Below are positions 1 through 9,328 of a DNA stretch of 64,000 bases, one piece after another (the stretch's first letter is position 1; each line of letters starts with the position of its first letter). This DNA is from Candidatus Bathyarchaeia archaeon (GTDB taxonomy: Archaea > Thermoproteota > Bathyarchaeia > TCS64). The DNA lies in contig JBEKDF010000004.1 in NCBI GenBank assembly GCA_050014495.1, positions 43,939 through 107,938 on the forward strand, given 5' to 3'. Under the pieces are notes generated by a model that was not told where the DNA came from, made no database searches, and was given only the letters and a program-made list of their open reading frames with translations. The translations under genes and the position numbers were made by a program.

Positions 1-49
1 ACTAGGTACGCGAAGTTCTGCACAAAGTGTGGAAAACCGCTCTAAACCT

Positions 50-439
50 CTATTTTCTCGGGACCTTATCAACGTCGACTAGGACGACGATTACCGCGTT
101 GACCATCAAAATTGGGTGGGTCTTCGCCTCATCCTTTGTAGAGTCGGTTGGGAACCTGAAGCCGCCTTTTATGACATTAATTCGCCTCTTCCCTTCTGGA
201 AGGGTAGAAAGAACTACTTCACCATCCACCTTTTCTGGGTCAGGCGTAGCTATGGTGACGTCAACCATAAGAGCATCTTCAATCTCGGAGAAATTTTTGA
301 TCTTAAACAGCTGACTTAGGCCGATCATGCTGCTATGGCTTATGGCGTCCTTTACGGCCCTCTGAGCGGCCTTCGTTGCGTCCTCGCCATGAAGGTCGAT
401 CCCAGTTCCTACCTCAACTAGATATCTCCTGTAGTCCAT
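50..439 (-). CDS. Lin0512-family protein
   Basis: Motif E-x-G-x-G-x-DLHG-x-D-x-TKAA-x-RAV-x-DA. Start taken as ATG at 439 (MDYRRY) rather than 496. Confidence 0.8.
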   Translation of the reverse strand: MDYRRYLVEVGTGIDLHGEDATKAAQRAVKDAISHSSMIGLSQLFKIKNFSEIEDALMVDVTIATPDPEKVDGEVVLSTLPEGKRRINVIKGGFRFPTDSTKDEAKTHPILMVNAVIVVLVDVDKVPRK

Positions 440-577
440 CCCTTCTACCTCGGGATACGGTAGGAGGAAGGAATAAAAGCCTTGGGAAAAGGCCATTTGT
501 AACTCTTATTCACCCCCGTCCGACTCTCCCGAAATTAGTAGGTAGTCTTTTCACTAGCTGGTTCTATTTTTCTCAGC

Positions 578-1135
578 ATGTCTGTAATAGAGTTCGAAGG
601 TAAGAAGCCGAAGATCCATCCAAGCGTTTTCTTGGCCCCAGGCAGCTGGGTCATTGGCGACGTTACTCTGGACGAGGACGTAAACGTCTGGACGAATGCC
701 GTGATACGTGGGGACGACGACAACGTTGTGATAGGTGCTCGCACAACCGTGCTTGAGGGATGTCTGATCGAGGCACCAACGGGCAACCCCGTCAGCATTG
801 GTAAGGATGTAATCGTGAGTCATGGAGCCACGGTTCATGGTGCCAAGATCGGGGATAACGCTATAATTGGCATTCAGGCCATCGTTCTCGATAGGGCTGA
901 GATCGGGGAGGGGGCGATGGTGGGATCCGGTGCCCTCGTGAGCCCGCGGAAGATTATTCCCCCAAGGATGGTCGCCCTCGGAATTCCTGCTGAGCCGAAG
1001 AATGATGTCACTGAGGCTACCGTCCAGTATATGGCGAAGGAGCGGGAAAGGACCCTTAGCAAGGCGAAGGTGTACAAGCAGATTTATCATGAGCTCGAGC
1101 ACGCGCGCTCGTCTGGGCACTTCTATTCTTCCTAA
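578..1135 (+). CDS. Gamma-carbonic anhydrase family (YrdA/CaiE-like) hexapeptide-repeat protein
   Basis: KPKIHPSVFLAP...VIGDVTL...AVIRGD...HGATVHGA; left-handed beta-helix repeats. Confidence 0.9.
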   Translation: MSVIEFEGKKPKIHPSVFLAPGSWVIGDVTLDEDVNVWTNAVIRGDDDNVVIGARTTVLEGCLIEAPTGNPVSIGKDVIVSHGATVHGAKIGDNAIIGIQAIVLDRAEIGEGAMVGSGALVSPRKIIPPRMVALGIPAEPKNDVTEATVQYMAKERERTLSKAKVYKQIYHELEHARSSGHFYSS

Positions 1136-1414
1136 ATCTTTACCTTTTTGAAGATAAATCGGTTCATTATGGCCTTATAGTCAGATCCAAATGATATTCA
1201 TGTAAACCTAAAATAAGTCTAGCTAATTGTCAAATTTAATAGGATTTCTAAAAGCAGATCTACACTAATTCTTGTAAGAGTTTGGAGGCTCGAGCCTCCT
1301 GATGCTGGTATCGTCAGCTACGAGGCATAAGTACAGTAACTGACATGGTAACCTTAGGAACCCATAATATAAAATCAAAGTAGGCCATTTGGGGTCTCTG
1401 GTGAGTGAAACTGG

Positions 1415-2068
1415 TTATCTCCGGTTGTGTGAAAAGGTGAATGCGGAGGGGCAAAGCTTACTGACGACGCAGTTGGCGCAGTCTGGCTTCTTAGCATCAC
1501 AGATCTTTCTCCCGTGTGTTATGAGTAGATAGTTCACCTCAAACCACTTCTTCCGGGGGATGAGTTCGAGGAGGTCTTTCTCAATTTTATCCCTGTTTTT
1601 CTGCTTGGACCAGCCGAGACGTTGACTGAGGCGAATCACGTGGGTGTCGACAGCTATGCCCTCGACGATCCCGTATGCGTTTCCCAGGACGAGGTTTGCT
1701 GTCTTTCTGGCCACACCCTTGAGGGTAAGGAGCTCATCCATTGTGTTGGGGACTACTCCGTCAAACTCATCTACTATCTGTCGAGTTGCTGCCTGTATTA
1801 GCTCGGCTTTTCTATGGAAGAAACCCGAGGACTTAATGTAGGTCTCGAGCTCGGTCCTCTCCGCTTTGGCGTAGTCAGCTGCTGTTTTATATCGTTTAAA
1901 AAGAGCGGGGGTGAGTTTGTTGATCTGCTCGTCGGTGCTTTGGGCTGACAGTATTGTGGCTACGAGGAGCTCCAAGGGGGTCTCCCAGTGGAGCATTGTC
2001 CCTTTATCAAGGGGGTACTCGACTTCTAGTAGTGCTATAATCTTCTTCGCTCTCTCCCGATCATCCAT
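1415..2068 (-). CDS. nth: Endonuclease III
   Basis: LLVATILSAQSTD, HhH motif LKGVARKTAN, AVDTHV, and C-x6-C-x2-C-x5-C Fe-S motif. Confidence 0.95.
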   Translation of the reverse strand: MDDRERAKKIIALLEVEYPLDKGTMLHWETPLELLVATILSAQSTDEQINKLTPALFKRYKTAADYAKAERTELETYIKSSGFFHRKAELIQAATRQIVDEFDGVVPNTMDELLTLKGVARKTANLVLGNAYGIVEGIAVDTHVIRLSQRLGWSKQKNRDKIEKDLLELIPRKKWFEVNYLLITHGRKICDAKKPDCANCVVSKLCPSAFTFSHNRR

Positions 2069-2153
2069 GATGCTAACTGGGTGGTCTACGTGTTTAATCC
2101 ATTCTAGGCTTGGGCAGGTTTATTGCCCTCGACGATAATGGCTTTACTCGACA

Positions 2154-2768
2154 TTGTTCTGGAGGAAGAAGAAGCCTGAGGGCCCCCGGGGCGAGCTTCC
2201 GCCACATCAGGCTCCCATCAAAGAGTTAATGAGGTGGGGTATCGACCACCCGGGCATAACCCCCATACTCCCAGTCATCGATAAGAAGGACTGGAGCCTC
2301 GTCGTCGATGGAGAAGTGGATGTGTCGTTCAAGCTTAACTGGGACGACTTCATGGCTCTACCCCAGGTAGAGGTGGTGAGTAATTTCCATTGTGTGGAGG
2401 GTTGGAGTGTGCTCTCTCAGAAATGGGGTGGTGTGCTGTTCAGTGTCCTACAGGAGAGGGTTAAGCCAAAGGAGGTGGCGAAGTACGCTTTGTTCGAGTG
2501 CGCCGATGGATATACCACCAGCCTTCCCCTATCGGATCTTCAGGGTGGAGACGTAGTTCTCGCCCACAGGCTAAACGGCGCTGACCTCAGCCAGCCTCTT
2601 GGTGGGCCGATGAGGCTCGTTGTCCCAAAGAAGTACGCTTACAAGTCCGCAATGTGGCTGACGAAGATCACGTTTGTCTCTCATGACAAGCTGGGTTTCT
2701 GGGAGCGAGGCTATTACAGTAACACGGCGGATATCTGGACTAACGACAGATACCGGAATGATAACTAG
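2154..2768 (+). CDS. Sulfite-oxidase-like molybdopterin-binding oxidoreductase (Oxidored_molyb)
   Basis: FHCVEGWS, GGPMRLVVPKKYAYKSAMW, GFWERGY. Confidence 0.9.
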   Translation: MFWRKKKPEGPRGELPPHQAPIKELMRWGIDHPGITPILPVIDKKDWSLVVDGEVDVSFKLNWDDFMALPQVEVVSNFHCVEGWSVLSQKWGGVLFSVLQERVKPKEVAKYALFECADGYTTSLPLSDLQGGDVVLAHRLNGADLSQPLGGPMRLVVPKKYAYKSAMWLTKITFVSHDKLGFWERGYYSNTADIWTNDRYRNDN

Positions 2769-2928
2769 AATCACGCTCGACTAACCATTAAAAACAGCCT
2801 AGATAAGAGAAACGGAGCACGTTTACCCCCTCAATAAGCCAATTTTCCCTAAAACCCGATAGCTTTTTAACCCAACAACAACTCATTTTAGCACACCTAT
2901 AGAAAACGAATGTCTGGAGGAGTCCAAA

Positions 2929-3204
2929 GTGGAGAGATCTAACACCGTATTCATCGGACGAAAGCCTGTACTCAACTATGTCCTCGCATGCATGACCCTT
3001 TTCAAAAGTGGTCAGGAGAGCATTTCAGTTAAGGCACGTGGACAGTCAATCAGCAGGGCTGTCGATGTCGTTGAGGTACTCAGGAACAGGTTCATGCCGA
3101 GTGTCACAGTCTTAGAGATTAAGATAGGTACTGAACAGATGCAGTCCGAGGAGCGTAGCACGCCTTCAAACGTCAGCACAATCGAGATCGTGCTCAAGCC
3201 TTAA
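2929..3204 (+). CDS. albA: Chromatin protein Alba
   Basis: [21 protein letters not shown] lies upstream of the GTG start. Confidence 0.95.
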   Translation: MERSNTVFIGRKPVLNYVLACMTLFKSGQESISVKARGQSISRAVDVVEVLRNRFMPSVTVLEIKIGTEQMQSEERSTPSNVSTIEIVLKP

Positions 3205-3261
3205 AGGCGCAAACCATTAGGCTCTCGCGGCGGCTCCCCCGGATACCCGGAGGACCACTGA

Positions 3262-3771
3262 GTGCAAACGCAACTATGTGAGTTCTGTTTAAAGAGCGGC
3301 ATGCTATGCTCGAAGTGCCAGACGAAGATCAAGACAGGCGCCGTAACAAACGAGTACATGGAAGTGGCTAAGAAGCTCATTAGCTACGAGGGCCAGAACC
3401 AGTTCCTTCAAACCGTCACTCTGGATAACGTGGTAGATGCAGGGGGTTTCCTCGTACTAGTTGTTGGGAAGGGTGACTCCGCTAAATTCAACGTTAACCC
3501 TAAACCTATTCGCGATCTCGGTGACGCACTGAACAAGAGGGTTGTCGTAATTGAGGCTGGAATGAACGACAGGAAGTTCCTTGAGGACCTATTCTCAGGG
3601 CAGCAGATCGTCACAATCAATATTATTTGGCTCCCTGATGGGAGCACGGAGACTCGGGTCGTACTAGGAGCACGGGGAGCTAAGCGGTTCAGCAAGAAGC
3701 GTATCCAGGCTTTAGTCGATATTGCGAAGAAGGTTCGCAAGATGGACCTTCGCGTAGAGTATGCCTACTAG
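3262..3771 (+). CDS. Archaeal NusA-like KH-domain protein with N-terminal Zn-binding motif
   Basis: LCEFCLKSGMLCSKC N-terminus, NIIWLPDG, and position between alba and aspS. Confidence 0.75.
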   Translation: MQTQLCEFCLKSGMLCSKCQTKIKTGAVTNEYMEVAKKLISYEGQNQFLQTVTLDNVVDAGGFLVLVVGKGDSAKFNVNPKPIRDLGDALNKRVVVIEAGMNDRKFLEDLFSGQQIVTINIIWLPDGSTETRVVLGARGAKRFSKKRIQALVDIAKKVRKMDLRVEYAY

Positions 3772-3823
3772 AAGCTCGAAAGTATTTTTATACCCACCTC
3801 TCACCTAGCTGGGTAGCTTACAA

Positions 3824-5116
3824 GTGGGTTCTTTAATGTTCGACAGGGTATACATCGAGGAAGCTAAGAAAAGGCAGGACGAACAAGTCACCATTGCGGG
3901 GTGGGTCGTTCGTACGAGGGACTTAGCGAAGATCAAGTTCATCGTGATGCGTGATAGGACCGGCGAGATCCAGGTCACCGTGAAGGACCTTAACTTATAC
4001 CCTAAGGAGGGTTTCGGTAGGGAGGATGTCATCGCTGTCACTGGTAAAGCTGAGCAGAGTAAGATCGCTAATGCCGGTATGGAGTTTTTCCCTGATAAGA
4101 TTGAGGTCGTGAATAAGTCGAGGCAGCCCCTCCCTGTGGATATCACTGAGACAAGCCAGAGTGAGCTGGAGACGAGGCTGAATTGGCGTTTCTTAGACTT
4201 TAGGGCACCGCAGACCCGCGCAATATTTACTATTCAGAATAGGCTGCTCTCAACTTTCCGCAGTTGGTTGACGGAGAACTGCTATGTTGAGATACAGCCA
4301 CCCTGTATCATTGCCTCAGCGTCAGAGGGCGGCGCAGATCTATTCAGTCTGCCCTATTTCGAGAAGAAGGCGTTTCTCGCTCAGAGTCCCCAACTCTACA
4401 AACAGATGTGCGCAATCAGCTTCGAGAAGGTCTTCACAGTAACCCCAATCTGGAGGGCTGAAAAATTCAATACCCCCACCCACCTAAACGAGATTAGACA
4501 GATGGATATTGAGCAGGCTTTTGCTGATGACGAGATTGTTATGAAGGTACTCGAAAAGGTGCTTATCCACATGCTGAGGGATGTGAAGGAACACTGCCCA
4601 GAGGAACTCAAGACCCTTAATAGGGAGTTGCTCATCCCAGAGCTGCCATTCAAGCGTGTCACATATACAAAGGCGATCGAGATGCTTCAGAAGGCGGGGG
4701 AGCAGATCAAATGGGGGGACGACTTTACGAAGCCTCAGGAAAGGAAGATGATGGAGCTCGTGGGGGAACAGGCTTTTTTCCTAAAGGATTGGCCCGCAGC
4801 ACAGAAGGCGTTCTATTCTATGCCCTACGTGGATAACCCGGAGATTGTCCATGCATTCGACTGCATCTATGGTGGCATTGAGATAAGTAGCGGCACGCAG
4901 CGCATTCACATCCCCGAGTTACTCAGGGAGAGGATAAGTAATAAGGGGCTGCACCCAGAGAACTTCGAGAGCTATATCGAGGCTTTCGCTTATGGTGCTC
5001 CCCCTCACGCGGGGTGGAGCATCGGGCTGGAAAGGCTGACAATGATCGTGACTGGGAAGGACAACATCAGGGAGTGCTGTATGTTCCCGCGTGACAGGGA
5101 GAGGCTCATCCCATGA
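3824..5116 (+). CDS. aspS: Aspartate--tRNA ligase, archaeal type
   Basis: OB-fold RDRTG, LAQSPQLYKQ, WRAE...HLNE, EISSG, GAPPHAGWSIGLERL...FPRD. Confidence 0.92.
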   Translation: MGSLMFDRVYIEEAKKRQDEQVTIAGWVVRTRDLAKIKFIVMRDRTGEIQVTVKDLNLYPKEGFGREDVIAVTGKAEQSKIANAGMEFFPDKIEVVNKSRQPLPVDITETSQSELETRLNWRFLDFRAPQTRAIFTIQNRLLSTFRSWLTENCYVEIQPPCIIASASEGGADLFSLPYFEKKAFLAQSPQLYKQMCAISFEKVFTVTPIWRAEKFNTPTHLNEIRQMDIEQAFADDEIVMKVLEKVLIHMLRDVKEHCPEELKTLNRELLIPELPFKRVTYTKAIEMLQKAGEQIKWGDDFTKPQERKMMELVGEQAFFLKDWPAAQKAFYSMPYVDNPEIVHAFDCIYGGIEISSGTQRIHIPELLRERISNKGLHPENFESYIEAFAYGAPPHAGWSIGLERLTMIVTGKDNIRECCMFPRDRERLIP

Positions 5117-5487
5117 GCAGACAGAGCCAGTTCGAGTACAAGATGTGCATAGTAATACGCACTGACCTGAAGATGAGTGTCGGTAAGATGATAGCCCAGG
5201 CTTGCCATGCAGCCGTCGACTGCTCGGAGAAAGCAAAGCAGGAGAACCACGCGGGTTGGCGGAAGTGGCGAGACGAGGGAGCGAAGAAGGTTGCCCTCCA
5301 AGTCGACTCGCAGGAGGAGCTTGAGGAGCTAGCTGATAAAGCGGATAATCTCGACATCGTCTACACAGTTATTCAAGATCGGGGTCTCACCGAGGTCCCA
5401 CCAGGAAGCATTACCGCCCTAGGTCTCGGACCCGAGAGGAACGATAAGCTTGACAAGATAACAGGCAACCTCCCGTTAATGAAGTGA
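5113..5487 (+). CDS. pth2: Peptidyl-tRNA hydrolase Pth2
   Basis: YKMCIVIRTDLKMSVGKMIAQACHA, DRGLTEVPPGS, GP...DKITGNL. Confidence 0.95.
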   Translation: MSRQSQFEYKMCIVIRTDLKMSVGKMIAQACHAAVDCSEKAKQENHAGWRKWRDEGAKKVALQVDSQEELEELADKADNLDIVYTVIQDRGLTEVPPGSITALGLGPERNDKLDKITGNLPLMK

Positions 5488-5558
5488 GGATTAACTAATA
5501 TCAATTTTTGAATAAATCCATTCTATTGAGGATATTTCGAGAATTAGGAAAGTCTATT

Positions 5559-5720
5559 TTAAGGGCCTTGGAACCCGCAGGCGGGGCACCTGTAGGTGCG
5601 ACCGAAGAGCCGACATTTCTCGCAGCGCCAAATTGTGACGGCACCGCAGTTGGGGCAGCTCATCTTGACAGCTTTCTCCTCGGGTGCAACCTTCCTACCA
5701 CAGGAGATGCAAGTTGACAT
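5559..5720 (-). CDS. Small zinc-ribbon protein (DUF1610 / HVO_2753-like), 53 aa; absent from the ORF track
   Basis: Manual translation MSTCISCGRKVAPEEKAVKMSCPNCGAVTIWRCEKCRLFGRTYRCPACGFQGP: four CxxC motifs and the conserved CPxCGFxGP end. Confidence 0.9.
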   Translation of the reverse strand: MSTCISCGRKVAPEEKAVKMSCPNCGAVTIWRCEKCRLFGRTYRCPACGFQGP

Positions 5721-5754
5721 ACTTATCAGCCCACATACAACCTTGGTTCGATAT

Positions 5755-6957
5755 TTAAATGTTCACTAGGTTGCGTAATTCGGCGAAGGCGAGTCTCCCA
5801 AGTCCACTGACCATTGCCCTCATGAGTCTTGGCTCGGAGAGCGCTCGTTTTATGACTTCTCCTTGAAGGTCCATATCCCCGCCCGCGACTATTTCTTCAA
5901 CCACGTTATTGAGCCCAGAATCGTTGAAGACGCGAAGGAGCCTATTCATCCTTTCATCCGATATTCTATCAACGAGGTTGCGTAGAGTCTGCATGCTCCT
6001 GAACTCTGCCCCGTAGAGTCTCCTCCATTCATCTTCATAATGTACAAGTGATCTCTCCGAGAGATCACCGGATTCAAGTGCTTGGGATGCTACACTCCCA
6101 GCTTTGATGGCGCATAAACCACCGAGTACTATGCCGCCTCCTGTCGTCGGTTTGACTTGTCCTGCGGCGTCCCCTACTAGCAACATTCCGGGGAACGATG
6201 TTCTGCTTACCGGACCATCCACGAGCACCTGGCCAATTCTTGGAGATTGATAGGAAACAGCGCCGAAACGCCTCTTGATAAAGCGGGTCAACAACATGAT
6301 AGGGTCACCGACCCTCGTAGCGAGTCCCACCCTAGCCTCCTGGTTCGAGATTGGTATTACCCATGCAAAGAATCCTGGGGCAGTCTCTTCACCAAACCAG
6401 ACCTCAACCATTGTGGGGTCCATGTCGCACTTCACCTCTGTGTTTACGCCAAGGAGTGGTACCCGTCTGGAATTGACCAGCCCAGCCTCCTTAACAAGTC
6501 TACGTGAGGGTCCCTCTGCATCAATGATGAGGCGCGACTCTTCGGCCCACTCGGTTCCGATTACGCCTACTATTGAGCCGTTGATTAGCTTAAGCTTCTC
6601 TGCTCTTCTACCTAAGACGAGTTCAGCTCCGGCGTCGATTGCAGACTCTGCTAGATATTGGTCGAGCGCTATTCTATCTATGACATGTGCACGTGGGCGC
6701 TTATCCCTGATCTCAATGCTGTGTCCGTCAGGTGAGTAGATCCACCCTCCGACAACATCGTTTTGGACGAAACTCTTTGACGCTACCACCCCAATCCTCT
6801 TAAGTCCCTCTATACTAACGAGGCCAGCGCAGTGGCTTGGAATCCCTACTTGGCTGTGTTCTTCTAGAATCTTGACTGAGAAACCCTTGGACGCTATCTC
6901 CTTAGCCGCTAGAAGACCCGCTGATCCTGCACCCACGATGAGTGAGTCAGAGTCCAT
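5755..6957 (-). CDS. Geranylgeranyl reductase family flavoprotein (DGGGPL reductase-like)
   Basis: GAGSAG FAD motif, PSHCAG, APGFFAWVIP, LVGDAAGQVKPTTGGGI. Confidence 0.9.
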   Translation of the reverse strand: MDSDSLIVGAGSAGLLAAKEIASKGFSVKILEEHSQVGIPSHCAGLVSIEGLKRIGVVASKSFVQNDVVGGWIYSPDGHSIEIRDKRPRAHVIDRIALDQYLAESAIDAGAELVLGRRAEKLKLINGSIVGVIGTEWAEESRLIIDAEGPSRRLVKEAGLVNSRRVPLLGVNTEVKCDMDPTMVEVWFGEETAPGFFAWVIPISNQEARVGLATRVGDPIMLLTRFIKRRFGAVSYQSPRIGQVLVDGPVSRTSFPGMLLVGDAAGQVKPTTGGGIVLGGLCAIKAGSVASQALESGDLSERSLVHYEDEWRRLYGAEFRSMQTLRNLVDRISDERMNRLLRVFNDSGLNNVVEEIVAGGDMDLQGEVIKRALSEPRLMRAMVSGLGRLAFAELRNLVNI

Positions 6958-6980
6958 TGGGTCACCGTTATAGAGGGAAT

Positions 6981-7958
6981 TTAGCTGCGCTTTACGATTT
7001 CCTGGAACTCGACATCTTCGAGCTCCGGGAAGAACTTTAAAACGTCCATTGCTAGACCCCTTTTAGCGATCTGGATGTTCTCGCCGAAGAATATCTCGTC
7101 GGGGATGATGATGGTCATCTTCTTCTTCCCCATTTTCTGACCGAACTTCTCGGCGTTGACACCGACGAAGCGGCGACCGATTAAAGCGGTGACCTTCGCC
7201 TTTTCCTCCGAGATGATCTCCGTTACCTTAACGTCGTAGATGATCTTCCTGCCAGCTAATGCGTGGTTGTAGTCCACTTGGACGCGTCCAGCGCCTACGC
7301 TGCGTATAACCGCTTGTCGGCCGTCTATCTCCAACTCCGCCCCGGGTACTGGGTTGACGCCTTTACTGCGCAGAATGCGATAGGGGATCAACTGTACATT
7401 AACGGGGTCGCGCTCGCCGAATGCCTCTGCGGCCGGGATCTCTATGGATGTTTGCTCATTGGGTTTGACACCGCGTAGGCGTGCGTCGAGTCCACGTAGC
7501 ACCCAGCCCTCGCCGACTACGACGAGGCGTGGGCCATAGACGTTTCCCTCACGGTGGGTGCCCTTCTCCTTTGCTACCTCCTCATTTGTAGTGTCGAAGA
7601 CTTCACCGGTCTCCTCAGCCCTGCCGGTCATCTCCATGAGGATGAAGTCGCCCTTGTTTACGGCACCCTCTATACGCGGCTCCTCTGGTGGCTTCTCCTC
7701 TTTAGCCTCGACTGTAGCCCCTGTCTTCGTTTCCTCCGCGGGTTTTTCACCTGGAATCGCCTCAGCAATTGGTGCCTCAGCCTTTGATTCCTCTATGGGC
7801 TTTACATCTGAAATTGCCTCAACAACTGGGGCCTCGGTCTTCGTTTCCTCCACAGGCTTTTCACTTGAAATTGCTTCAACTACGGGGGTCTTGACCTTGG
7901 GCTCCTCGACTGGTTTTTCTTCTGGCTTCTCCTCGATGGGCTTCTTCTCTTCACTCAT
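6981..7958 (-). CDS. FKBP-type peptidyl-prolyl isomerase (long archaeal SlyD-like) with acidic repetitive N-terminal extension
   Basis: GEVFDTT, VVVGEGWVLRGLD, AEAFGERD, VDYNHALAG. Confidence 0.9.
   Translation of the reverse strand: MSEEKKPIEEKPEEKPVEEPKVKTPVVEAISSEKPVEETKTEAPVVEAISDVKPIEESKAEAPIAEAIPGEKPAEETKTGATVEAKEEKPPEEPRIEGAVNKGDFILMEMTGRAEETGEVFDTTNEEVAKEKGTHREGNVYGPRLVVVGEGWVLRGLDARLRGVKPNEQTSIEIPAAEAFGERDPVNVQLIPYRILRSKGVNPVPGAELEIDGRQAVIRSVGAGRVQVDYNHALAGRKIIYDVKVTEIISEEKAKVTALIGRRFVGVNAEKFGQKMGKKKMTIIIPDEIFFGENIQIAKRGLAMDVLKFFPELEDVEFQEIVKRS
7704..7916 (-). repeat. Imperfect 57-bp (19-aa) tandem repeat, about 3.7 units, in the FKBP N-terminus
   Basis: KPVEEPKVKTPVVEAISSE / KPVEETKTEAPVVEAISDV / KPIEESKAEAPIAEAIPGE / KPAEETKTGATVEA. 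Confidence 0.8.
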
Positions 7959-8132
7959 GGTTGAACACTCTGAGAGTCATTGCCCCCATTCCTGGGGGAT
8001 TCACGCAAGGAGATGCGGAGCCCGGTTTAAAGCCTTTCTGTAAAATTTGACGGCTCTTTTCCTTTGGATGATCCACACGGTTTTTAGCCAAGGGCACTTG
8101 TCTAGTGGCGGATTGCGCGCGCCAAATGTTAC

Positions 8133-8417
8133 TTACAGCTTCTTTTTCGAATTTCCTCTCCTATAGTTCAATATCGTTGACGCAGCTATCAGGACCATGA
8201 ACCAGAAGGCTGCATCTATAGCCAGGATGATTAGGTCGACTCTCCATTCGTTGGTTGAGCCCGCTACTGTGCTGAGAATATTTGCTCCCCAAGTGAGGGG
8301 TAATCCGTATCGTACCTCGATTAGGTCCGGTACCGAGTAACCTTGGTTGTATACCAGGGCGAGCGTGCCTATTACTCCAAGGATCAATAGGATTATGGTT
8401 CGAATTCCTATTTTCAT
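8133..8417 (-). CDS. Small two-TM membrane protein
   Basis: Two hydrophobic helices flanking YGLPLTW; basic C-terminal tail. Confidence 0.7.
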   Translation of the reverse strand: MKIGIRTIILLILGVIGTLALVYNQGYSVPDLIEVRYGLPLTWGANILSTVAGSTNEWRVDLIILAIDAAFWFMVLIAASTILNYRRGNSKKKL

Positions 8418-8558
8418 ATTGATCAGTCACTTTACTCCTGATCTTTAATACATATTGTTCTCTAAGAGCGTGCACATGAAGGCGCATGCTTATGAGTATT
8501 CGCTCGCGTGTGCGAGATTCTTTATTTAGTCGCAAAGACCAAAAGGGTCTCGATCAAA

Positions 8559-9068
8559 TTGGATGCGATACAGGTCATTCTTGGTAGGAGAAGCATTCGA
8601 AAGTTCACCGGGGAGACGATCCCTGAAAATGATGTAAAGTTGCTCCTCGAAGCGGCTATGGCGGCCCCCTCAGCCTGCAACCAGCAGCCCTGGCACTACA
8701 TAGTGGTGAAGGATAAGGCCACATTCGATAAGATAACCGAGGCACAGCCCTACACGAGGATGTTGCCTAAGGCCTCCATTGCGGTAATCGTGTGTGCGGA
8801 CCCGAATCTTCAGACCTGTCCAGGTTTCTGGGTTCAGGACTGCTCAGCCTCAACCGAGAACCTGCTATTGGCTGCGCATGCTATGGGTTATGGTGCTACT
8901 TGGTGTGGTATCTACCCCAATGATGATACGGTGTGGAAGATCAGGGAGTTGCTGGGGATCCCTAAGACGGTTTACCCATTGTGTGTTGTAGCTGTCGGAG
9001 TCCCCGACGAGGAGAAGCCGCCAGCTGATAGGTATAATCAAGCTCGTGTGCACACTGAGAAGTGGTGA
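8559..9068 (+). CDS. Nitroreductase family protein
   Basis: RRSIRKF, AAPSACNQQPWHYIVV, QDCSASTENLLLAAHAMGYGATWCG. Probable TTG start at 8559. Confidence 0.92.
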   Translation: MDAIQVILGRRSIRKFTGETIPENDVKLLLEAAMAAPSACNQQPWHYIVVKDKATFDKITEAQPYTRMLPKASIAVIVCADPNLQTCPGFWVQDCSASTENLLLAAHAMGYGATWCGIYPNDDTVWKIRELLGIPKTVYPLCVVAVGVPDEEKPPADRYNQARVHTEKW

Positions 9069-9089
9069 TCCCGCACACGCGAGCTGCAT

Positions 9090-9284
9090 CTAGATTTTGG
9101 CCACGTTTATTGTCTCAGAGGCGAATAAATCCTCCACCTTGAACAGGGATTCAACTAGCCCTTGCTCCGATGAGTAATTGATGAAGGCTTTGAGGATCTT
9201 GCGGTTCGCGTCCAGTTCGTAGGGCCAATAGTTCTGATCCATGATTCATATGGTCTCCTCGAGTTCAGGGATCATCCAAGGCAT
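9090..9284 (-). pseudogene. C-terminal remnant of a 4,5-dihydroxyphthalate decarboxylase-like (substrate-binding fold) gene
   Basis: Manual translation MPWMIPELEETI*IMDQNYWPYELDANRKILKAFINYSSEQGLVESLFKVEDLFASET. It has one internal stop and begins at the GCATGCGCGC tract (9281-9290). Confidence 0.7.
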
Positions 9285-9328
9285 GCGCGCTCGACACACC
9301 TTTAAGTCGGAAAATTAAAGATATCACT

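Noticed and set aside
554..1120. 188-aa minus-strand ORF, and similar long antisense ORFs (7558-8043, 33986-34429, 34815-35261)
   Set aside because: These are shadows of well-supported genes on the opposite strand.
1300..1412. Hammerhead ribozyme
   Set aside because: CTGATG is not followed by A, and no correctly placed GAAA or stems could be assembled.
5508..5717. 69-aa plus-strand ORF
   Set aside because: It is the antisense shadow of the zinc-ribbon gene at 5559-5720.
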